Below the pieces are notes generated by a model. The model had not been told where the DNA came from and ran no database searches. It saw only the letters and a program-made list of their open reading frames with translations. A program made the translations under genes and the position numbers. Shown one piece after another: positions 27,729 to 42,734 of a stretch of 64,000 nt of DNA (the stretch's first letter is position 1; each line of letters starts with the position of its first letter). Origin of the DNA: Eledone cirrhosa (taxonomy: Eukaryota); NCBI GenBank assembly GCA_964016885.1, contig OZ024740.1, positions 178,994,001 through 179,058,000 of the forward strand, given 5' to 3'.

Positions 27729-27838
27729 AATTGTTTCTACTTTAAGCACAAGGCCAGCAATTACCCAGTGCATTACTGATACTTTATTTTATCGACCCCG
27801 TAAGGATGAAAGGCAAAGTCAACCTCGGCGGGATTTGA
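27729..27838 (-). mobile_element. 5'-truncated SINE family A
   Basis: 3' half only; TTTGAATAAATAAT duplicated at both ends. Confidence 0.85.
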
Positions 27839-28840
27839 ATAAATAATGAATGAACCTTACATAATTGATGTGCTAAATTTCGTGGCTATTGATTAAATAT
27901 ATTTTATAGCTTAATCTTTAAAATTCACTTCTTTAAAATGATCAAATGTCAACATTCCGGTTAGCGGCCGTTATATTATAACACTTATAATCGCATATAT
28001 TTCGGACGCTAATTTTCTCCTAATGGAGTTTATATATAATGTCGTCTTTTTTTAAATATATCATGGATTACTTATTACAGAAGACAGTGTAACATAGGCT
28101 TTGGTCAATTTCTGTGTATATTGTCAATTATGATTTTATTTGATGTATCATATTTACATGCATATATATTTGTGTATAATATCAATATACACACTTCACA
28201 TGCTAGCTGAAAACAACCCGTAGGGTGGTTTTTCTGCTAGTACCAATAATAATTGGAGCTCTAGGTAAGCCAGGAAATTAACAAAACATGAAACATCAGT
28301 TCTTACAATGGTACATACAGTTAAAAACCAGTTCTGCTAGGAAACGCCCATATCTTATGCATTCACTTTCTATTCAACAGCACATCTCAAACTGTACAGT
28401 CTCTTTGCGCAACACATGCCCAATAAAATAACCATCAAGTTACACAACAGTAGCATAAGTTTTCAAATATCGGGCGAAATACTTTTATATATGTTCCGGT
28501 TCTTTGCATTCTGGGTTTATATCCCGTCGAGGTCAAGTTTGTCATCTATCTTCCTGGGAATCGATAAATAAAGCACAATTTATGCCGTTAAACGAAGATA
28601 TCTCGCACCATTTTTTGCTGCAAGTTATCCACTTAACGGCATAATTTTGTAATCGCCCATGGGACATCGTAGGTTCAATATGTAATCTTCCATCCGGTTT
28701 AACACAACAACCTATTAATTGAGTGTATTTAGTGGAGTCCACCCTATTACAAGCATTCGTGGCAGGTTTCCTTCCTCCAGTCTCAAAGTCCCTGAAATAT
28801 GTTTAATGGCACTGTCTTTCTATTTGACTAAGCAATACAT

Positions 28841-29032
28841 AATTATTTCTACTTTTAACACAAGGCCGCCAATTATCCCAGTGCATTACTTGTACTTTAT
28901 TTTATTGATCTCGTAAGGATGAAAGGCAAAGTTAACCTCGGCGGGATTTGAATTCAGACCATAAAGGGCCGTAACTCTTTGCTACAAAGCATGGCGTCCG
29001 ACCCTCTACCGATACTGCCAATCCACCGCCCT
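28841..29032 (-). mobile_element. SINE family A
   Basis: Full length; TSD TAAGCAATAMATAAT. Confidence 0.9.
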
Positions 29033-29119
29033 AAGCAATAAATAATAAAAGATTATCTAGGGCGCCTCCACCAAACGATAACACAAAACAGATACTAATA
29101 TACTATACATTCAATATAT

Positions 29120-29207
29120 AATTGTTTCTACTTTTGGCACAAGGCCAGCAATTATCTCAGTGTATTACTGGTACTTTATTTTATCGACCCGGTAAGGATG
29201 AAAGTCA
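29120..29207 (-). mobile_element. 5'-truncated SINE family A
   Basis: 3' part only; TCAATATATAAT duplicated. Confidence 0.8.
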
Positions 29208-29679
29208 ATATATAATGAAATAACACAACACATATTGTTACACAACAGATGCCTAAAACTGTAAGACTATGAACTGACATTCTACACAGTGGTAATCTCA
29301 CTACCAAAACACAAATAACACTGTATATACTCGATACAACAGATAAATTGCTAAAATAACATCAGAGGCAACAAATCGAACCTCATAACATTTCAAAACT
29401 GATGCAATTCTACGTTCCTCAAACATAATGCTACACATATCTCAGGAACATGGACGGGAAGCAGGCAGCAGCTGCAGTAGAAATTCGTTTAACAAAATTA
29501 GAAATGGAACAGGACCGAACCTCAGATAGAACCATTGATGTTTCCATTATGTCGATTGCAACGTCTGGTGTGGATTTAAACTTATAACGTACAGAGCAAC
29601 ACCAGATATGGCAAAGCTTCCAAGTCAACTCTTTAACAATTTCCCTAATCCACATCCCATTGATGGGTATTCTATTTCC

Positions 29680-30015
29680 AATCCATTCCAGGGTCTTCTT
29701 ATTCCACTTGGAGAAACCCCTCCCTGGTTGACTTCCTCTGCTTTCTGTTTGGTTTGGAGCATGTCAGGGTGTAACAGTACTCAGCACAATTGGCCATTTG
29801 CTGGTTCCTGATGCTATTCAACCCCTAGTTGTGGTGGATGGCCGTGAGACTCTGAGCAGTTTACCCGCCCTTTTAATAGCTCATTCTTTGTGCTGCTGGG
29901 GTTCCACTTACCCTTCTCACCATATTAGGGTCTAGTATGGGAGCCGGATTAGTCACCGACCACACCACCATGAAGCAGGTTATACTAGTTTAGATGGTAC
30001 CTGTAGCAGGCAGAA
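29680..30015 (-). mobile_element. Diverged LINE (probably RTE) 5'-UTR fragment
   Basis: Shares a conserved block with 55700-55820; the RTE assignment is inference. Confidence 0.45.
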
Positions 30016-30223
30016 GCTTATTTATCGATCCCCAAATGGTGGAAGGCAGAGATGACCTCAATAGTATTTCAAGTCAGAGCTCAGAAAGTTGGAACAAACA
30101 ACGAGACATTTAATCAAAAGCTCTAACGCCTCTGACAAAAGTGTACGACCATGATGATGACGATGGTAACTAGTATAATGATAACGTTGATGATGATGAT
30201 GATTATGATGATAACAAATAATA

Positions 30224-30411
30224 TAATTGTTTCTTCTTTTGGCACCAGGCCAGCAATTACCCAGTACATTACTGTACTTTATTTTATCGAACCCCTAAGG
30301 ATGAAAGGCAAAGTTAACCTCGGCGGGATTTGAACTCAGACCGTAAAGGGACATAACTATGCTGGAAAGCATGTCGTCCGACACTCTACCGATACTGCCA
30401 ATCCACCGCCC
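30224..30411 (-). mobile_element. SINE family A
   Basis: Full length; TSD ATAACAAATAATATAAT. Confidence 0.9.
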
Positions 30412-30850
30412 AAATAACAAATAATATAATGACGATGGTCAACATCATATGAGTAAATGCTTAAACCGATAATATTATTTTTTCTCGTTCAGATCTAATG
30501 CAAACAAACATGGAGATGATAAATTGGTGAAGATTTGTGAGAAAAATTAAGCTGAAACTATTTCATAGGAAAAACTAAATTTAATTATAGGATTTGAAAG
30601 ATTTAAAACAAAATCAATTGCATAAATTATAGCAGGCATGTTTATTACGCTACATAGGCGAATGGCCAATTCGTAGAAGCTCCGTCATATGTGGTGTAGT
30701 CCCTGGTGCTATGATGTCCCTGTCAACGCTAAATAGGCGAAAGGCCAATAAGTTGAACAACCGCCACTAGCCGTGTAGTCCCTGGTGTTGTGACGTCGTT
30801 GCCAAATGATGTTGCTTTATTCTACCAAAACTAAGTTTTAAGAAGTCCAT

Positions 30851-30922
30851 TCTTCTTCTTCTTCTTCTTCTTCTTCTTCTTCTTCTTCTTCTTCTTCTTC
30901 TTCTTCTTCTACTTCTTCTTCT
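30851..30922. repeat. (CTT)n microsatellite
   Basis: Direct reading. Confidence 0.95.
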
Positions 30923-30996
30923 TACCACTGCCGTTGTCCTCATTGGTCGTTATGGCTTGTGTTGTTTCTATTGCCGTTTTTGTTGTGTGTGCGTTC

Positions 30997-31107
<111 letters not shown>

Positions 31108-31164
31108 GTGTTTGTGTGCGTTTGTGCATATGTGTGTATGTGGTTGTGTTTGTGTGTGTATGTG

Positions 31165-31217
<53 letters not shown>

Positions 31218-31654
31218 GGACTGAAGACATCTCAAACAATCCTTTGAATACATCTTATTAACGATATCTATAACTTTCAATGGTTTAGATATTACGTATA
31301 TTTAAGCTTTCTCTCATTCGTTGTATTAATATTCTTTATTTTTAAATATGCATTACACACACACACATACATACACACACACATACGTACACACTCACAC
31401 ACATGCATACACACTTACACAAATATATATATATGTACATATATACACACAAGTATACACAAGTATACACAAGTATACACACTAGTACACACAAGTATAC
31501 ACAAACATATAGTTAAAGTATGAATTTATATAATTATTTGCATTTGTTTGTACGTTTTCTATTTCAAATATATAATACAGTAACTTCAAATATATTTTCA
31601 TGACAATAAGTGTGTCTAAAACTGTATGCACTTGTACGTAAAACCATTCCCATG

Positions 31655-31701
<47 letters not shown>

Positions 31702-33289
31702 TTGTGAGAGCTATATTTGCTGTATTCAGCACAATTTCTGACATATGGAATAGTGAAAGGAATAAAATAATTCTCATATATTATTATTAACCTCAAGTAT
31801 GACTCGGTTGTTAATGAGTTTGCTTCCAACCCTATGGCTTCAGCATCATTCCATTGAATGGAACGTTGGCAAATATATTCTTTTATAGCCTCGGGAGTGA
31901 GATTTCCTTGTCCGAAACTGTAGAGAACCTCGTTGTATGTATGCTTATGTATGTATCTCAACATCAACACTGAAACATGGAGAAATCGTGCGGCAGTTTT
32001 AAGGAATTTGAAAAGAAGTAAAGGGCCTATTTTGAAATAAAGTGAGCAGCTGCATATAGGGAAACGTTAGTCCGCTCCCAGAACAGGGTTCGAAAGAGAC
32101 TCACACTTGTAAGGGATGATAACGTGTATGTATGTCAAATGTTGGACGAATAAGCCATAACAGATGTCATACTCATGGAAATTACAGCTTTGACTACCTT
32201 ATACAGCTTGATTGTGTCTGTGGTATCTGTACCAAAGTGTATCACCCTGTTAGTGGGCATACAAGAAAGTATGCCACGCCAGTCAAATTCAAGCGGGCGG
32301 AAAATTTCTATGCACACTCTTTTGTATGACAAAACTCATGAGATTCAACGGCCATCCAAACGTTTACTAGAAGAAAACTCTGATAGAAAACCTGAATATT
32401 ACATAGATACCTGTCGTTCCAGCCTATGTTGGGTCAATCGGCTTTTCCCGCTTGTTTGATCTGTAAAGTGGGCGAGGTTCTTTGCAAGCAAGGTCCACTA
32501 TATTCACATTCACGCACAAATATTTCATTCAGGAGACCAACGGTGAAGGGGAGAGGTGTGATACGTACATACCCTTATGAAATAATGTTTTGATCAAAGG
32601 CATTTCAGTTATTAAAATCCCTTTCTTTCGTTGCTTAATTATTATTATTTTTTTTCTTCTTTTCATTTCCCTATTTCGTTTTGGTTCTCTTTAATAATGT
32701 GTTTTGGCTTTGTATGAACAGTTTTGTAAAATAAAATAAATTAATGTTAGAGTATACTAGGCCACTATTTCTGGTAGAAATTTCCATGGATTTTCTTTTG
32801 TGGTATTACTAACAGTGACATTTATTATTCAACGAAGACATTTCAAAGCTGCATTTGTAGTTAACGTTTCGCACATCCAGTAACCGATTTCTGTTTACCT
32901 AAAGCACTAAATATCTATAATAACTTCAATTGTATTTATTTTCCTATAATTATTATCAACAGTTTCATAACTTACATTTGTTTCACGCCTCCAGTGTTTC
33001 TTCTCTTTGGATAGCTATATAATTCCAAGGTTTTCTCTATTTCCAGTTCAACTCCCCACAGGGACAATGATCAGACTTTAGTATTAAGACACCAATGTCA
33101 TGTACACAACCTAAAACTACTTCAATGAAATTGTCCTTCTAAACTAATTACATATATTACGTGTAATTACAAAGTTCTTTGGCAGCTGAAACTGAAATTA
33201 GACCAATTACATTTCATCATCAATTTCGTGAACTCAGTTTGTTCATTTGTTCAACCTTATACTAAGTATTAGTATAAATATTGCTGCAG

Positions 33290-33387
<98 letters not shown>

Positions 33388-36300
33388 AGGCAGCGTCAAA
33401 AACATGTTCGTCAAGTTTGCATGGAATCCCTTTTCACTATAAATCAGTGGTTATTTAATTCGTATTCCTCGGGAAATATGTGTTCATCTCTTTGCTATTC
33501 TCTTTAAATGTTCTCTATGGTCTTCTATCTTATAGGTATTAATGATGGTGGTGAACCAGAAATAGTTGACGGCTAAGATATAATGCAGGCTTGTAGCTAG
33601 TTACTTTTTCCACTTTTAATTCTACATGAGTTGAGATCGTCTTTCATAACATAACTGCCGGCTAATACAAATCGACTATACTGTTCCAGTGAGGGAGCTT
33701 CAACGCTATCGTTCCCCCCGAGAGAAATAGCAGCCAAATATTTTTCAAACCACGCTAGAATATTGGTAAATCACATTATATAATATATTCCTAAATGTCC
33801 TCTACTAATACCCTATTGTTGTGGCTGGAATATTTGCTTATAGGTCTACTCGATCAGAAGCGACCTGACCCTAAACAATAGCAATACATTTGCATTTATC
33901 AATTGATGTTTTGCATATTGTATCGAATTATATAAACTAGTCAATTTTGATTTTGATATGATGGAATTTTTGAAATGAGATGCATTCACTGAAACACATG
34001 AGTATGACATATAACTCGACTGATGGCCAAATTAGCTTAGCTTGCTCTTCTAGCTGACTATTTCAGAATTAATCTAAAGTCGAACATACCTGAAAAATTC
34101 TCTACACAATTCACAATTTTTCATTGCTCCTGGAAACTGCTCCTTATTAAAGTTTGTATTATCTGAGAGTTGATCGATGAATTTTCAAGCATGTCTTCCT
34201 CTACCCCATCTCTTATGAATTAGTTCCTACAATATTAGCTTTTGTATAAGTTCCTTCTCACTTTTCTAACAATGTACTGTAAATCGCAACCGTCTTTAGA
34301 CAATTATAGTTATCTTATACTAGTGTCCGTATAAACTTTAATTAAGCAGCTATTGCACTGCTTATAGCCGTGTGGATAGAATGAATCAGTGAATGATGCC
34401 ATACAAACTACTTATACACCCCTAGTTTGACACCAGCGTAGTCTTGACTATGAATATCGAATATATATTATGGAACTTTTAGAATTCTAACACTTGTCTA
34501 CGAATTTGGGGACTGTGAGTTCCAATTACAAATGGACATTTCAATTCAGCGTTTCACGACCTATGGTATGTGGTTTCATGGTGAAGATTCGCGAAGGCAA
34601 ATTTTTTAACGTTTCAGATATTTGATAACAATCTAAAAGGTTCATGAATGTTATACAATAACACATATGCATAACGATATCAACATAACAATCCCTGAGG
34701 AAGAAAACTGAAAAATATGTCCCCGAGGTATGTTAATGCATTACTTTTCTTGGGAGAGGGCTACCTTTTATTTAAATATTGATAAACGGGTTGCTGTGAA
34801 TTATTTATTTGTCAAAACGAGTCACATTGGTCGGTATTTCACATCGTTTTCTCATATTTGTAAAAAAAAAAATTTGAAATCGCCTTCAAATGTTCCAAAT
34901 GATTGAAATTCTTAATTCTAACTTGAATTTAAAAAGGATGTACTTTCCTTCTGTTGATTTCAATTTTTATGGTGTGTATTTGGCATATTTAATTTAAATC
35001 TGGGTTTAAATTAAATATGTTTTTCGGTTAAATTAAATATTGTTTTTCGGTTCAGTTTTCGTTTTTTGTTAGGGAATATAATTATCATTGAATCATATAG
35101 CTGGTGCGTAATTTATTAACCACTGAAAGGCTATCAAAGTTCACTAACACCTACTTTAATTTGAATTTAATCATAAGGATGATATAAATAAATTTCATAA
35201 TGAATCCAGCTATACTCTCTTCTATATTTATCGCAAGACAAAGAAAGGTTCTCTATTTGGTCATTCACCTGCTAGAAGTAGCACCCCAATATTTTTCAAT
35301 TCAAACACCACTGGTCACAAAAGGAAACGTAAAACGAGATGGCCAGAGCTAGATCTCATTTGATTATCGATCTTCTAAATCAGTACTGACCTGAAGATAA
35401 ACAACCACAAATTTCTCTACTCAACAAAACAATTGTTGTTAATCACATTTACTACTTGAATAATTTTTAATTACTAAGCAATTTTAAATTCACTTAAATA
35501 GTGACATCATTGTTGATGCTGGTGGTAGTGTCGTTGTCGGTGTTGATCAAATTTATTGCTGATTTGTTTGTCAATTCACTTAAAGCAAGTAGAGCAACTA
35601 GAAACATACATATATATTTGTCTGTATGTGTTAGTGTGTGTGTTTTTGCGCGCACTCGTGTGTGTGTATGACTCTTATTCGGAGCTTGAGGTGGCTTGCA
35701 CTTTGTCATAAACCTACACCTACTGCTACAACAACCATCTTCACAGAACTTTAAAGAAATCCTTCAGAAAATAATTATATTACATCTCACAGAATCTCTC
35801 CTTCATGTCTCACACCTAACCTAACATGGGATCATATAGAGAATAAAATGAGTTAAAACGATGTTGACAGATCGAATTGTACTGATATGAAAATGCAAAG
35901 AAACTAATCTCTTTCAGAAATCTTTCAGGCCACTTATCTAATTCTGCTTTAGTTGACTTCATTGTTGTTTCATTCTGATTACGTGTGATTTTATTGAACG
36001 CTTTTCATTCTATCAGTTTCTATAGTATTTGTAACCATAGTAACAAGTGAAACATTTACTAAAGAGAAATTATGTTTGCGAAAGGTCAATTATGTTTTTC
36101 CTTTTGGTTTTACTATTAGTTATTCATTTGTAATTTTCTTTATTTTCCCCTTTTCTCTTCTTTCATTTGTGTATTTTCTTTGTTTTTGTTTTTGTTTTTG
36201 TTTTGTATTGTAGTAATTTCATTACCATCATAATTATATCCACCTGACCTAAGTTTGACCGTTAGAAACTTTCACAATTAAAGAACAATGCAGTTTTCAG

Positions 36301-37443
36301 TTGAACATTAAATTAGATTTTATAATCGTGTAAAGTATGTTTTCTTCAATATCAATATGGTGGAACCAATATCGTGTCAGGTGATATAGACCGTGAAATA
36401 AATTCTCGGTGAGATGAAACGGAGAAGAAATTTTAGTTTCTACGGTTGAAAGAAATGTCTTTTCCCTTATGATATTATTAATCTTGAGGATGTCAAAGAC
36501 TTTATAACTTTTCATTGAATATATATAGAAAAATATACTAAAAGGAAATAGCAATCCGAGGCCCCATATACGTAATGAGACTATAGATCTGAATCTGGTA
36601 AATCTTCTCCTAGGTGAATTTTATGGGCAGAATATTTTTTTTAAGGCCATCAGCCGCACTTATATGCAACCACCTCCTCTCCATATAACTGATGTTATCC
36701 AACAGAAACGCAAGGGCCGATATAGCTTAGCACCAGTGACGTCGCGGGCAAAATGTAGTGTTGAAAGAGCTAAGATAAGGAATCACGTTTGACATTCTAA
36801 TAATTCCACCTACCACCGCTTTAGACAAATATATTACCAGATCTGGAATCTATTTAATCATAAACCTAGGTGATTTGAATTAAACAACAAGAAAAGACGT
36901 TAAATAACATAGTCCTATATATTCTATGTCTGAATATAAAAAACGTAGTTATTAGTTTTGAAAAGTGTCTGATCCAAATTCTAGTCGATCAAGGATGGCA
37001 TGTGGTTAAACACCAACCATAACAACATCATTTCATTAATAAACTTTCAATACAATTTATTGAAAGTTTAGACCAAGTGACCAGGCATACGTACTATATA
37101 ATTTCATAAAGGTACATACATTATACGTTAAGCTCAAATTCCTCTAGAGTCAATTTGCCGTTTGTACATAGGCCATAAATATTGGCAGGCATAGATTAAG
37201 AATCGTTGGATAGACGAAACTCAATTAAAATATATTTAATATCAATAAGTGGACTATGTGTATATATATATATGTGTGTGTTTGGGTTTACGAGGAAAAA
37301 CTGCTCAATGCCAAAATATTGATTATTAAAATTTTAATATATTACTGAGATTATTTTCTGTTCTTACGGATGGTGGAGTCAACAGCAATCCATAAAAAAA
37401 GCAGTGTACCAATAATGAGTAATCTCACTAATACAATATAATA

Positions 37444-37629
37444 TAATTGTTTCTACTTTTGGCACAAGGCCAGCAATTACCCAGTACATTACTGGTACTT
37501 TATTTTATCGACCTCGTAAGGATGAAAGGCAAGGTTAACCTCGGCGGGATTTGAACTCAGATCGTAAAGAGATGTAACTATGCTGGAAAGCATTTCCGAC
37601 TCTCTACCGATACTGCCAATTCACCGCCC
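37444..37629 (-). mobile_element. SINE family A
   Basis: Match to consensus. Confidence 0.9.
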
Positions 37630-37750
37630 TTTTAATATGATATAATATAACATAACATAATATAATATAATATAGGCGCACGCGTGTGTGTGTATGTCTA
37701 AAAAATGCGTAAAAGGGTGTTTCTGAATTGTGGTAGGTATAGTGTTAATC

Positions 37751-37920
37751 ATTGTTTCTAATGTTGGCACAAGGCAGGCAATTTGAAGGGAAGATGGAAG
37801 TCGATTAAATCGACTGCAGTGCGTTACTGGTACTATGATTTATCGACTCCGTAAGGATAAAAGGTAAAGCTAATATCGGCGAGATTTGAACTCAGAACCT
37901 AAAAGTCAAATCACCCGCCT
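37751..37920 (-). mobile_element. Diverged SINE family A subtype
   Basis: Central domain and B-box retained; flanking TAGGTRTARTGTTAAT duplicated. Confidence 0.75.
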
Positions 37921-38425
37921 TAGGTGTAATGTTAATAATGGAATCATGCCTTGCTAAATCATTGATAATGGTCATGGAACATTTACGGAAATTTAAGAAT
38001 CCATTACACCTAATCTGTTTTCTGACATTAGTATGTCAACCTTCCATTAATTTTTTCCTAGATACCCATTAGACCATAGATAAATCATGAAATAAGCCTA
38101 GACGACATTTTTTTTTATTAATTTTATTCATTCCCTTTATTTTATTTTATTTTTGTTGATTTCTTTTTTCACATGATTTTTTTGTATGATAACAGGGCAA
38201 GATTATGTACTTTTGCTGTTGGGTGGTATTTGTGAACTGGTTCACAAGTTCTATTTCCAACTGTGTCTATCCCACTTAATTCTCTGTACGTAAGCTTTTT
38301 GGTTAGAGATACTCGTGATGTATGTACATTCATCAAGACAAGGGTCATTGTACAAAGGCTTCACGTTGGAGTAGTAATTCTGGCCATCAACTGCAGTCGT
38401 ACACACGTATGCAAACACTCACCCA

Positions 38426-38456
<31 letters not shown>

Positions 38457-39928
38457 GTGTATGTGTATGTGTGTATGTGTGTGTGTGTGTATGTGTGTGT
38501 GTATGTATATGTATTCACAAAGGGAGTAGAAGCGAAAGCAAGTGAGATTACTGTTTTGCATGGAATGCAAATTACAAACAGTCTTGCATTTTGACTAATG
38601 TGTGTGACTGAAAACCATTTAATCAAATGAATCTATTCTCGCAATTTAAATTTCGGATACCCTTTTCGTGGAGGTCAGATCATGAGAAGCAAGTAAGGGA
38701 GAGAATTCCAATATCGAGAGCTGCAGTATCTAAATTTGTGGATGAAATGTAGACACTGCAGCGGGATTTATCTATATGTAAATGTTTCGATCTCAGCGAA
38801 AATTTGCTCTACACCATAAATTGCTGCCAAAAAAGTCACCACGATATCATCTATCTATTACGCATGGTGTAATGACCACAGCAATATACAATGCCCTCCA
38901 TAATCGGACATATAAAAAAGAAAATGTGAACCGTAGTAGAAATAATCTGTCAAGCAGCGTTAACAGTGTTAAACATAAAGGGAACATGTATGGTAAATGA
39001 ATGAAAACTGCAGATACTCAATCAGAATTACAAATTTAGACGTATACCTGTAATTATTCGGTGTACCTGATTATCTAACCAAACTTCAGAAGCGGTGCTT
39101 CACGTAATCAGAAAGTTAACGAAGATTTAAAGAATCAAATTTACAAGTCTTTAATGGAATTTAAAAAATATATAAAACATTCTGTAGCAGGCACATTCAA
39201 GCATATTTGTATGTACACATACATTAGATATTTACTGACATTTATGGGTTAATAAGATGCCTTATATTCATTCATCTTCGGTGAACATCGCCTTGGCCAG
39301 GAGAAGTTGATATCAAGAGACGATGTCCAAAGATTATTGGGTGTTTTGACACACTCACACTGGCGGGTTAGCAGTGGTGGCCACATAATATATGCATACT
39401 TGGCTAACAGGTTTACCTAAATTCCAAAGAAAGAGCTTAGTTTCTGTGCTGGAAACCGGCTCATTTTCCATTGGTGCGGAGGTTAAACACATAACACCAG
39501 AATAACATGTATGATAACTTGATTCATTAAACGCACATACACACGTTCATACAGGCACAAACAAACAAAAAAAAGGGATCCACATTAGCACAGACAAATA
39601 AACTGACGACTCAGCTTCTACGTGGCTGCTCAGTTTCCAAGCAGTAGCACTTATATCTTCCTTAAAATATAGACTAACTTCTTTAAACTTGAAATACACA
39701 GTAAAAAATGGAACCATTGATATACATTACAGGATGATCCCGACTGAAATCTATTTGGTTAAATCTCTAATCGAACAGGACTAACCTGAAATTTAAAAAA
39801 ATTACAAATATAGATAGAAAGTAAAACGTACAAACCCATATGACCGATTTTCACAAAAAGCATTCCTGGTCAGATATATATTCAATTGAGGTTTATAGTA
39901 TGAAATTCGATACTACAGGGCATTCTTA

Positions 39929-40245
39929 AATTGAGGAATTTATGTAGGGTGGCACTACTGAAAATTATGGTTAGAGTAGAATACTAGTAAATTTACAAAT
40001 AAAAAGACTTATGTTGGTTGACTTGCACATACACTCACCCCACCCCCACCCCCCGACACACACACACATCCACACATACAAATTGAGGAATGTATGTGGG
40101 GTGGTAATACTGAAAATTATGGTTAGAGTCAAATACTTAGAAAGTTTAGAAATTTTAGAAATAAAAAGACTTATGTTGGTTGACTTGTACATACACTAAC
40201 ACCTACCCCCTCAGACCACACACACACATCTACACACACAAATCC
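39929..40245. repeat. About 152-bp tandem duplication (2 copies)
   Basis: AAATTGAGGAAT...CTGAAAATTATGGTTAGAGT...AATAAAAAGACTTATGTTGGTTGACTTG repeated. Confidence 0.85.
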
Positions 40246-40829
40246 ATACAGGTGTGTATATATATATATACGCACAAGTGCATATATATATACAACAGAG
40301 GCCCCCAAATACAAGTATAAGGCAGACATAAAACTAGGTGGGTGTTATTTTTAAAGAAAAGTAAAGTGGGTGTTTGAAAAAGTTATTGTTTAGGCTAGAC
40401 AAAAGTAGAGTGTGATATATATCTTCACAGCAATAGTTTGGGGGCTTTGGAGTTTAGGCGAATCCCTTAGTACAGATATATATACCCACCCACACTTTTA
40501 TACCTCTGGATGCGCGTGTATGTCTATATACACAAGTGCACTCATACAAGAGAGCATATACAAATATACTCTTAAGCATACACTCAAACATTTTTCAAAT
40601 GCAACCTGGGGTATTAGTATTTCGTTGCGTTCACATGAGTGTGTACATTCACGTAATCCCAGTATACGCACACTATGTACGGTTGCAGGCACTCATTCAT
40701 GCGTATAGAGTTAGTACCTTGGAATAACTGCTCTTCCTGTGTGGGCCACTCCGAGAGGGGGGGTCCTCAGGTTCAATAAACGTGGTTTTTGTTGACTCTT
40801 AACCAGTAGAGGATCCGGTGGACATTCCA

Positions 40830-40871
<42 letters not shown>

Positions 40872-40926
40872 TTTCTGAATTTGTCTAGCAAGATTCTTTA
40901 TCTGAAAACGTGTGTTGAAACCGATA

Positions 40927-42734
40927 TTGTTATACTTTGGGAGGGTCATGTTGCCAACAAGAAACACACGCACCAATGAAAACCCACACAGATAGATGGA
41001 ACGGGTGGACCACAGCCATACGGACCCCTGAACACCACGATGAACTAAAGAAAATGATTGCATATGCGGTGGGAGCCAGTATAAAATTAACCCTTAAGGA
41101 ACATATGTTCAAATTTAATGGAAAAACATATGCCCAAGAGGAGGGAGCAGCCATTGGTGTTAACATTGCAGGTGACATAGCTAACCTATTCATGGTATGG
41201 TGGGACAATAGACTTAAACTTAAAGAACAATTAGAAGACAGCGACCTCTTAACCCTGATAATGTACTCCCGCTACGTTGATGATATAAACATCGTAGTAA
41301 CCCCCCCCCCCCCCCCCACTTGAGAACAGTCAGGAATTAGAGAAAAACACCATGGAAAGCATCCAGCAAATAGCTAACTCCATCCACCAGAGTATTAGAG
41401 TTACTATAGACTACCCAAGCAAACACCCCAACCATCGATTACCTGTACTAGATACAGAGCTCTGGTTAGATACTATCAATAACAAAAAACAGATCCTCCA
41501 TTCCCATTACGCCATACCCATGACTTCCAAATATCTGATCCACCGAAACTCAGCTGTTTCGGACCACACCTAAATCAACATACTGATTGCGGATTTGGTA
41601 CGGGTGATGAGAAACGTGTTCCGCATGTGCAACCCCAAAGAACTAGAGAGACACATACAACACTTCATCCATGGTATGCAGTTCTCTGGTTACAATTAGA
41701 GAGATAAGATCAGAGTATATAGAGGAGCCAGAACCAAATGGGAAAAAATGGTAAATAATGATACAAATGGGACCTGCCCTTTGTATAGGATCAAAATTTG
41801 GAATAGAATAGAAAGAACTAGGAATAAGGTTAATAGAATAAACTCATGGTATGATAGCAATAAATACCAGAGTGTAATGTTCATCAATACAACCCCTAGA
41901 GGTGAATTAGCTTACAAATTCAGAAGGGCCCTAGATAAACATAAACTCAAACTCAAACTCAATATTAAGATAGTAGAAAGACCCGGTACATCCATAAAAA
42001 CACTTATTAGCAATACATACCCTTTTCAAAGACCTCCCTGTATAGATAAGAAATGTATAATCTGTAAATTAAGCCCCAATATTAACTGTAAAACTATAAA
42101 TGAACGGATAAATGAACACTGGCGAGAGCTTCAAGATAGTAAAGAATCATCTGTACTCTACCAACATGCTAAAATAGAACATAAGGGTAAATTAGAGAAC
42201 ATAAAAATAAAAATAGAATCTACACACAGAAAAGACGCAATGTTTAGACAAATCACATAGGCAATAAACATAAATGAACTCCAACCAAAATTAAATAGAA
42301 AGCATGAATGGAATAGCAACATCACAACTTACAATTAAGTACAAAATGAAAACACACACACACACATAGAACAAACAACCAACCAGTAACATGTAAATAA
42401 ACAATTAAATAAACAAATATAAACACACACAGACACCCGGATGTAACACATGTGCAAACTAAGCACACAACACACACAACAATAAGATGGCGTAGGACAG
42501 AACAAAGGAGAGGCACAAAAACAAAGAAAAGAATCCCCAGTCACTGAAGAGGTCACAGAATGTGTGACGAAAGAACTTTGACAATATATGAACAATCGTC
42601 TGGTTGTGGAACCAACCAACCAACCGGAAATTTATAAATTCCTAAATTTATAAATTTAATTTATAATAAATTGAAGTGAAACAACTGGTGCGTGTGTTTC
42701 TTATTGGCAACATGACCCTCCCAAAGTATAACAA
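40927..42734 (+). mobile_element. 5'-truncated Penelope-like element with 49-bp inverted pLTR terminus
   Basis: RT motifs FKFNGKTYAQEEGAAIG, YSRYVDDI, LPVLD; linker PCIDKKCIICK; ERINEH; 40927-40975 is the inverted copy of 42686-42734 (1 mismatch). Confidence 0.9.
42540..42582 (+). ncRNA. Minimal type I hammerhead in PLE pLTR
   Basis: GTCA-CTGAAGA-G-GTCAC agaatgt GTGAC-GAAA-GAAC-TT-TGAC. Confidence 0.8.

Noticed and set aside
40720-40775. AAC-CTGAGGA...GAAG..GTT hammerhead-like string on the minus strand
   Set aside because: GAAA and the cleavage triplet are non-canonical and stem II is poor.
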